From Gemmatimonadota bacterium (GTDB taxonomy: Bacteria; Gemmatimonadota; Gemmatimonadetes; Palauibacterales; KS3-K002): a stretch of 13,222 nucleotides of DNA. How positions within the stretch are numbered: position 1 is the stretch's first letter; every line of letters begins with the position of its first letter. A program made the position numbers and the translations under genes. The stretch lies in the NCBI GenBank assembly GCA_020344375.1, contig CP070823.1:1613706-1626927 (forward strand). The letters run 5' to 3'. This document shows, piece by piece, positions 1-4,898 of this stretch. Below the pieces are notes generated by a model. That model saw only the letters and a program-made list of their open reading frames with translations. It searched no databases and had not been told where the DNA came from.

Positions 1-138
1 GGCGCGCAGGCGATCGGCTGCCTGGGGATCCTCGTACGCACGGGCAAGTTCCGCGCGGCGGAGTTGGATAACTCCGACGTGCAGCCGGATCTCGTGGTGG
101 ATTCAATCGCCGCCCTTCCGAAGTTGCTCCTGCCCTGA
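1..138 (+). CDS. 3' end of a HAD-superfamily hydrolase gene; the 5' part lies upstream of the window. Frame 1 reads ...GAQAIGCLGILVRTGKFRAAELDNSDVQPDLVVDSIAALPKLLLP* with stop TGA at 136-138.
   Basis: The frame is open from the window edge to TGA 136-138. The tail pattern G-x-A-x-G-(V/L)-G, then PD-(V/L)-V-x-S, then a terminal L-P-x-L-L is typical of HAD type IA phosphatase C-termini (Gph-like). No start codon is visible, so it is absent from the ORF track. Confidence 0.4.
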   Translation, partial: GAQAIGCLGILVRTGKFRAAELDNSDVQPDLVVDSIAALPKLLLP

Positions 139-308
139 GTGGCGATGGTGCCACAATCGCCTCTGATCCTTGCAGCGCCAGCGTCTGTGAATCTCAGCGC
201 GCACCCAAGACCCGTGAGTGATCGGGCTGTCGCCCAAGACGTGGAAGTCGATATCCCCGGTGAGAACCAACGCTTGGGGGATTCCGTAGTGATGCTGTAG
301 AAGCGCTC

Positions 309-671
309 GTGCGTGGCAACCTCTATGCGAGATTGGGGGGAAGTGTGTTCAGGAAGAGCGACCCGGCCGGTTACGTCGAGGCAATGAAGGGCGTGAGCCG
401 CAAGACGATGGTCTACGGCGGGAATACCCTCTTGACCGAGTTCAGGCTTGCCAAGGGCGCGCTCATACCGGGTCACAAGCACCCGCAAGAGCAGACCGGC
501 TACCTAGTCTCGGGCCGGCTGAATTTCCGTATCGGCGACGAGACGATGCGGGCCGAGGCCGGCGACAGCTGGTGCATACCTGGCAACGTCGAGCACGGCG
601 CAGAGGCTCTGGACGACTCGGTCGTGATTGAGGTCTTCTCGCCCGTGAGGGAGGACTACTTGCCGGACTAG
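309..671 (+). CDS. Cupin-2 domain protein, small single-domain cupin. The start may instead be ATG ~384 (MKGVSRK...), giving ~95 aa.
   Basis: Translation carries both canonical cupin motifs: G-x5-H-x-H-x3-E in 'GALIPGHKHPQEQTGY', and G-x5-P-x-G-x2-H in 'AGDSWCIPGNVEHGAE'. Size is 95-120 aa. The frame is open and ends at TAG 669-671. Confidence 0.7.
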   Translation: MRGNLYARLGGSVFRKSDPAGYVEAMKGVSRKTMVYGGNTLLTEFRLAKGALIPGHKHPQEQTGYLVSGRLNFRIGDETMRAEAGDSWCIPGNVEHGAEALDDSVVIEVFSPVREDYLPD

Positions 672-788
672 CGCGACCGACGTCGCCAACGCATCCCGCG
701 CAGCGTCGTGCCGGTCGAGTGCGGCCAAGCAACGTGGCCACGCGGAATGTAACCAATCCTACCAGACCAGCTCCTCACATAGAAAGGG

Positions 789-817
789 TTGACACACCCG
801 GCCGCCGATTGTACTAT
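789..817 (+). promoter_or_regulatory. Sigma70-type promoter: TTGACA (789-794), 17-bp spacer, TACTAT (812-817). Predicted TSS ~824-826.
   Basis: Read directly: 'ttgaca cacccggccgccgattg tactat'. -35 is a perfect consensus and -10 matches 5/6. It sits 51 bp upstream of the GntR start codon. Confidence 0.5.
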
Positions 818-821
818 TGCG

Positions 822-849
822 CTAGATGAATAGTTATCTAGAGTTCTAG
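822..849 (+). promoter_or_regulatory. Operator-like palindrome overlapping the predicted TSS: CTAGAT-gaatagtt-ATCTAG (822-841), then a third CTAG at 846-849. Candidate autoregulatory site for the downstream GntR/YtrA regulator.
   Basis: Perfect 6-bp inverted arms 'ctagat'/'atctag' separated by 8 bp. Three CTAG cores lie within 28 bp in an otherwise GC-rich region, immediately downstream of the -10. GntR-family operators are typically short AT-containing palindromes overlapping their own promoters. Confidence 0.4.
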
Positions 850-867
850 CGAAGGAGCCGTACAGCT

Positions 868-1242
868 TTGGTATTCTGGATCGACCATAAGAGCGGCGTC
901 CCTTTCTACCGGCAGATCATCGAGCAGGTCAAGTTCGCCATCGGCCGGGGTGATCTGAAGGCGGGGGACCGCCTACCGACGGTCCGGCAGCTTGCCGTGG
1001 ACCTTTCCATCAATCCCAACACGGTGATCCGCGCCTACCGGGAGCTGGAGATCGAGGGTGTGCTCGACACGCAGCAGGGGTCGGGGACGTTTGTGGGCGA
1101 GCGTCGTCCCGAGATCGACGCGCTGGAGCGGCAGCGGATGCTGGACCAGATCCTGACCGAACTGCTTGCCCGTGCCTCGGGGTACGGGTTCACCCTCGAT
1201 GAAGTGCTCAAGGGGTTGCGTCAGCGAAAGGAGGAGTCGTGA
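868..1242 (+). CDS. GntR-family transcriptional regulator, short YtrA-like subfamily: winged HTH plus a short C-terminal helical dimerisation region, 124 aa.
   Basis: N-terminus 'WIDHKSGVPFYRQIIEQVKFAIGRGDLKAGDRLPTVRQLAVDLSINPNTVIRAYRELEIEGVLDTQQGSGTFV' matches the GntR HTH signature (P-x-Y-x-QI, G-x-L-x-x-GD-x-LPS/T-x-R-x-LA, NPNTV-x-x-AY-x-EL-E-x-EG, G-x-GTFV) and aligns closely with B. subtilis YtrA. Start is TTG 868, since an in-frame TAG at 847-849 excludes a longer N-terminus. SD GAAGGAG at 851-857. The stop overlaps the next gene (ATGA). Confidence 0.85.
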   Translation: MVFWIDHKSGVPFYRQIIEQVKFAIGRGDLKAGDRLPTVRQLAVDLSINPNTVIRAYRELEIEGVLDTQQGSGTFVGERRPEIDALERQRMLDQILTELLARASGYGFTLDEVLKGLRQRKEES

Positions 1243-2381
1243 TGAACGGAGAGTCGAGAGCCGCCGGTGGCAGGCGGCACCATATATCACTCGAGAGATT
1301 CGCCACCACCATGCGGGCCGATTTCCGCTTCGCGCCGCTCAACGCACTGCTGCTGGTGGCGATCTTGGTGGCGGGGCTCGTGGCTCACCTGAACGTCCAT
1401 CCGTTCAGCGTGCTGGCCGTCGTCCTCGCGCTGGGCTCGGCTCTGGGCCTGGTCGCTATCCTGCGCGTGTTCCAGGTGTGGGAGGCCGTCGTCGTCTTCG
1501 GCACCGCCGACTGTCTGCTCGTCTTCCTCGAGCTGCGACCCGACAGCGAGATCCTGCTGGCGGCGATCATCGTGGGGCTGGTCGTCGCGCCGGCGATCCA
1601 GATCGCCTACCAGTGGGAGCGGGCCGTGCTGCTGCGGTTCGGGAAGTTCCGCGGGCTGCGGAAGTCGGGTCTGTTCGTGCTGGTGCCGGTGATCGATAAG
1701 GTGGCTCAGTTCGTCGACCAGCGGGTGCGGGTCACGGACTTCAGGGCGGAGACGACGCTCACCGCCGACACGGTCCCGGTCAACGTCGACGCCATCGCGT
1801 TCTGGATGGTCTGGGACGCGCAGAAGGCGGTGCTCGAGGTCGAGCGCTTCGATGAGGCGGTGATCCTGTCGGCGCAGACGGCGTTGCGGAACGCGATCGG
1901 GAAGGACGCCCTGGCGGTGCTGCTATCCGAGCGTGATCGCTTGGGTCAGGAGATCCAGAAGGTGCTGGACGAGAAGACGAGCGGCTGGGGGATCACGACC
2001 CAGGCGGTAGAGATCCGCGACATCATCATCCCCAAGGGGCTCGAGGACGCGATGTCGCGCCAGGCCCAGGCGGAACGTGAGCGCCAGAGCCGCATCATCC
2101 TCGGCACCGCCGAGACCGAGATCGCGGAGAAGTTCGCCCGCGCGTCCGAGCATTACCGCGATAACCCCGTCGCCCTCCACCTGCGGGCCATGAACATGGT
2201 GTTCGAGGGACTGCGGCAGAAGGGCTCGATGATCATCGTCCCGTCCACCGCGGTCGAGACCATGGGCCTGGGAGCGCTGGGCGGGTTGACCGCGTTCGGC
2301 CAACAAGCGTCGCCGGAGACGCCGCAGGACCGCGCCGGACCCGAGGCGAGCGGCACGGCCTCCGAGGATACGGCGCGCTGA
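1242..2381 (+). CDS. SPFH/band-7 (stomatin-like) membrane protein with an unusual ~130 aa polytopic N-terminal extension; 379 aa from ATG 1242. GTG 1239 is an alternative start one codon upstream.
   Basis: The core 'YQWERAVLLRFGKFRGLRKSGLFVLVPVIDKVAQFVDQRVRVTDF...' matches the stomatin/SPFH domain. The N-terminal region has three hydrophobic helices, and a coiled, charged Ala/Gln/Glu-rich tail follows. Strong SD AAGGAGG at 1228-1234 lies 7 nt before ATG 1242. It is translationally coupled to the GntR gene (TGA 1240-1242 overlaps the ATG). Confidence 0.85.
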   Translation: MNGESRAAGGRRHHISLERFATTMRADFRFAPLNALLLVAILVAGLVAHLNVHPFSVLAVVLALGSALGLVAILRVFQVWEAVVVFGTADCLLVFLELRPDSEILLAAIIVGLVVAPAIQIAYQWERAVLLRFGKFRGLRKSGLFVLVPVIDKVAQFVDQRVRVTDFRAETTLTADTVPVNVDAIAFWMVWDAQKAVLEVERFDEAVILSAQTALRNAIGKDALAVLLSERDRLGQEIQKVLDEKTSGWGITTQAVEIRDIIIPKGLEDAMSRQAQAERERQSRIILGTAETEIAEKFARASEHYRDNPVALHLRAMNMVFEGLRQKGSMIIVPSTAVETMGLGALGGLTAFGQQASPETPQDRAGPEASGTASEDTAR

Positions 2382-2434
2382 GCCGGCCGGCGGCGGCGGA
2401 TCACCCGCACCAGGCACCTGCGCTCGGGGGGATC

Positions 2435-2596
2435 ATGAAGGCGCTCATCCTGCCCGGTCTCATCCTCGTGCTGAGGGTCACCGTGGCCTTCGTGCTCAGG
2501 CCTCTGTTGCCCGGCTCTGTGAGGTCCGTCTTTGCGCTGGTCCGGGTGCTCCGCCTCGATATTGCGGGTGTTTCCCTGCTCGATCTTCTGATGTAG
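2435..2596 (+). CDS. Possible small hydrophobic peptide, 53 aa: MKALILPGLILVLRVTVAFVLRPLLPGSVRSVFALVRVLRLDIAGVSLLDLLM. Too short for the supplied ORF track.
   Basis: ATG at 2435 is preceded by the G-rich 'cggggggatc', and the frame stays open to TAG 2594-2596. One or two predicted TM helices. It lies in an otherwise ORF-poor 1 kb stretch. Hydrophobic ORFs can arise by chance in GC-rich DNA, hence low confidence. Confidence 0.2.
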   Translation: MKALILPGLILVLRVTVAFVLRPLLPGSVRSVFALVRVLRLDIAGVSLLDLLM

Positions 2597-2759
2597 TGGG
2601 CGATTGTGCCGTGCACCGCCGGGCCAGCCGGAACGAATAAAGAGGCCGCTGGTGGGTATTCCAGTGTAGAGAACACAGCAAGGTCAAGAACCCGCGGGGA
2701 TACCAGTGCGATCGGGCGAAAGCAGGCACGGAGTCGTTGACGTTCTCAGGTGGGGGCGC

Positions 2760-3020
2760 ATGGAGCAACTGGCCAGGGGGTATTTCATGCTAGGAGTGCG
2801 GAGGCTGTACTTGCCGCGTTGGGTTCCCTGGTGCGCCCAGTTGATCCTCCTCCCGCTCTGGCTGTGGCTGACCTACGGTGTCTTCCTTGGCGAGCGGGGC
2901 CGGGCGGACCTCGGGATCGGCAACTGGATCGTGGTGAGCCTCGTGCTCGCCGTGGTCTCGTTCTATCTGTTCTTGCTGGGTTACCGGAAACTGCCCGCAG
3001 GCCTCGACGAAGGGTGCTGA
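2760..3020 (+). CDS. Small membrane protein of unknown function, 86 aa with two predicted TM helices. The track ORF begins at ATG 2706; I prefer ATG 2760.
   Basis: Translation MEQLARGYFMLGVRRLYLPRWVPWCAQLILLPLWLWLTYGVFLGERGRADLGIGNWIVVSLVLAVVSFYLFLLGYRKLPAGLDEGC. Two long hydrophobic segments flank a charged loop. ATG 2760 is preceded by 'aggtggggg' at SD distance. No recognisable family. Confidence 0.4.
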   Translation: MEQLARGYFMLGVRRLYLPRWVPWCAQLILLPLWLWLTYGVFLGERGRADLGIGNWIVVSLVLAVVSFYLFLLGYRKLPAGLDEGC

Positions 3021-3307
3021 CTCGCCATAACAAGCTCCTGTGGAGCGGCGCCTCCCGCGACCTGCAGCACCCCGCCTGTGACCTTCCGGACATCATTGGC
3101 TGCATCGCCGTATGATCCCGCAGCTTGCGGGAACCGGCGAGGAACCTCTCGATAGCCCTTGAGGGAAGTGAAGATGTGGCCTACGTAGCAACGGCCTACG
3201 GCAAGCATGGTCGGCTGGGCACCAACGTCGGCTGCGGCGCTGTTCCGGACGGCTGAGCCTTGCGGGGCGCACGCCCAAGAGCTACATTGCGAACAACAAC
3301 AGAGATC

Positions 3308-3346
3308 CCGCCACTTTCGAGCTCCGGCTCGGTGGCGGTTTTTTGT
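3308..3346 (+). terminator. Rho-independent terminator on the + strand: compound hairpin ccgccac-ttt-cgagc-tccg-gctcg-gtggcgg, followed by TTTTTTGTT.
   Basis: Read directly: outer 7-bp stem ccgccac/gtggcgg (3308-3314 / 3332-3338), inner 5-bp stem cgagc/gctcg with a 4-nt loop, then a T6 run at 3339-3344. No A-run lies upstream, so it is unidirectional for +. It lies 288 nt after the nearest upstream stop (3020) and 82 nt before the KaiC-like gene. Confidence 0.55.
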
Positions 3347-3427
3347 TGGGTTGCCGTTGTCCGCTGACTTCCCCCCCTCGGCCCCCAACCGTCGGCGTCT
3401 ACTCGACGCTGATACGGGTTCGCCATC

Positions 3428-4897
3428 TTGTTACAGAATACAAGCTCTTTCGGCATCGGGGTTCTCGACGAACGTCTGAGCGGTCCCGTCTCCGGTGGCC
3501 TGCACGTGGTCATCGGCGGCCCGGGCACCGGTAAGACGGTCGTCGCGCTCCAGTTCCTGTACGAAGGCATCCGGCGGGGCGGGCGAGTGGCGATGCTGAC
3601 GCAGGCGCGGCCCGGAGACGTGGTCGACCTGGCGGCCTCCATCGGCATTGATATGACGCCCCACCTGCGCTCCGGTCGCTGGGTGCTGCTAGGCTATCAG
3701 TCGGGGTTCCGCGAGCGCTACCGCCGTAGCATCGAGCCCGGCGAGCTGTTCCAGGAGCTGGAGGAGTTCGTCACAGCCGAGGCCGTGCCCGATCGGCTCG
3801 TCATCGATACCTGCAGCCCGCTGGTGGAGTCCCGCGAGTCGGGGAACGGGGCGGAGCATCTGATTGACCTGCTGAGCGGCGTGAGCAGCACCGTGCTGCT
3901 CACCTTCGCGGCCGAGCACCCCGGCGCGCTGGACAGCGGCTTCGATCTTATCTCGCAGCGCGCGGCGCTCGTGCTCCATCTGATACTGAGCAGCGAGGGG
4001 CGCCGCGAGATCCTCGTGCGCAAGACCCCGGGGCCCGTTGAGTCGACGGGCCCCATCACCTTCGAGATCCGCGACGGGCTGGGGATCGTGCCGGCGCAGG
4101 CGATCCAGGGGAAGCGGCGCAGCGACCTGGCGCCGGAGGTGCGGCGCCGCGTGCTGTTCGTTGACGTGCCGGCCGATCTGCCGGCGGAGCTGCGCATCTG
4201 GCTGCAGGAGTCGTTCGAGCTGGTCTACACCGCCGATCCCGTGGATGCCTTCCCCGAGCTGGCACGTCGCGACTTCGGTCTGGTGGCCATCCACATCGAC
4301 CGGCGTAGCGTGGACCGCGGGCTGCACGTGATGTATCAGCTCCGCCGCGCCGCTAGCCGGCCGCCCATCCTGGTCATGTCGCCGGTCGATGTGCGGGCCA
4401 GTGACCGGGCCCGCGCGCTACGCGCCGGTGCGGACGACTTCATCTCCGGCGGCCTCGATCCAGAGGAGCTGGCGTCGCGCATCGAGGCGTTGCTGCGGCG
4501 CGGTCGCACCGATGTCGCCGATGGGGAGGAGACCCTTGAGGCGCCGAAGCCAGAGCGGCCCGAGGGACCCGACGAGCCGGCGGACGTGCATGAGATCATC
4601 CGCGCGCGACTCACGTCGCCGGGATCGCCGATCTTCTCGCTGATCTTGCTGCGGGCGGGCAACGGCAGCCGACTGGAGGAGCTGGCCGAGCACGTCGCCC
4701 GGCAGATGCGGCATGATGGTGGCGACCGCATGAACGTGAGAGAGGAACGCGTGGAGGTCTACTTGCACGGCGCGATGCACAAGCACGCCGAAAGCTTCCT
4801 CAAGCGCGTGCGCACGGATCGCTTCGCGCGGGTGGGCGCCGTGGTTTACACGTCACCCACCGACCGTGACGAGCTGCTCAAGATCATCGACCAGTAG
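3428..4897 (+). CDS. Three-domain regulatory protein, 489 aa. It has an N-terminal KaiC/RecA-like P-loop domain (~1-230) in which the catalytic Glu-Glu pair is substituted. A degenerate CheY-like receiver domain follows (~238-360). The C-terminal ~110 aa domain is unrecognised.
   Basis: 'SSFGIGVLDERLSGPVSGGLHVVIGGPGTGKTVVALQFLYEG' matches the KaiC/RadA N-terminal motif with Walker A GGPGTGKT. The Walker B-like 'RLVIDTCSPL' corresponds to KaiC 'LFILDASPD'. The segment 'VAMLTQARPGD' aligns with KaiC-CI 'VFVTFEETPQD', so E-E becomes Q-A. The receiver region is 'RRVLFVDVPADLP ... LVAIHIDRRS ... PILVMSPVD ... GADDFISGGLDPEEL'. It has the acidic pocket residue, the candidate phospho-Asp in 'IHID' and the Ser of beta4, but lacks the conserved Lys of beta5 (K to G). 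Start is TTG 3428, since an in-frame TGA at 3410-3412 blocks any upstream extension; there is no obvious SD. The stop is 1 nt before the next start. Confidence 0.85.
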   Translation: MLQNTSSFGIGVLDERLSGPVSGGLHVVIGGPGTGKTVVALQFLYEGIRRGGRVAMLTQARPGDVVDLAASIGIDMTPHLRSGRWVLLGYQSGFRERYRRSIEPGELFQELEEFVTAEAVPDRLVIDTCSPLVESRESGNGAEHLIDLLSGVSSTVLLTFAAEHPGALDSGFDLISQRAALVLHLILSSEGRREILVRKTPGPVESTGPITFEIRDGLGIVPAQAIQGKRRSDLAPEVRRRVLFVDVPADLPAELRIWLQESFELVYTADPVDAFPELARRDFGLVAIHIDRRSVDRGLHVMYQLRRAASRPPILVMSPVDVRASDRARALRAGADDFISGGLDPEELASRIEALLRRGRTDVADGEETLEAPKPERPEGPDEPADVHEIIRARLTSPGSPIFSLILLRAGNGSRLEELAEHVARQMRHDGGDRMNVREERVEVYLHGAMHKHAESFLKRVRTDRFARVGAVVYTSPTDRDELLKIIDQ

Positions 4898-4898
4898 C

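Noticed and set aside
463-756. Minus-strand ORFs 463-756 and 504-728, antisense to the cupin gene
   Set aside because: They are antisense shadows. The cupin frame carries both cupin motifs.
1166-1699. 177-aa + strand ORF overlapping the GntR and SPFH genes in another frame
   Set aside because: It overlaps two coupled genes that have strong SDs and family signatures. Its translation is Arg/Gly-rich with no domain.
2381-2434. Possible terminator after the SPFH gene (GC-rich gccggccggcggcggcgg)
   Set aside because: It is GC-rich but has no clear dyad symmetry and no downstream T-tract.
2401-2768. Minus-strand ORFs 2401-2676 and 2496-2768 in the coding-poor gap
   Set aside because: There is no SD, their products are Pro/Arg/Ser-rich with no fold signal, and they overlap the better-supported + strand small-peptide candidates.
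3207-3648. Short ORFs in the 3021-3427 gap and antisense to the start of the KaiC-like gene: 3207-3479 +, 3343-3534 +, 3196-3648 -, 3093-3278 -, 2981-3388 -
   Set aside because: The + strand ones read straight through the intrinsic terminator hairpin or overlap the KaiC-like CDS out of frame. All have low-complexity products and no SD.
3689-4786. Multiple nested ORFs inside and antisense to the KaiC-REC gene: 3689-4327 -, 3718-4197 -, 4038-4331 +, 4336-4731 -, 4389-4643 +, 4418-4786 -
   Set aside because: They are alternative-frame or antisense artefacts within a gene whose own frame carries Walker A/B and receiver motifs.
4866-4898. GTG 4866 as the start of the TPR protein, 33 nt inside the KaiC-REC gene
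   Set aside because: ATG 4899, 1 nt after the upstream stop, gives canonical translational coupling. Neither candidate has an SD. The 11 extra residues (MTSCSRSSTSS) add nothing recognisable. This remains a judgement call.
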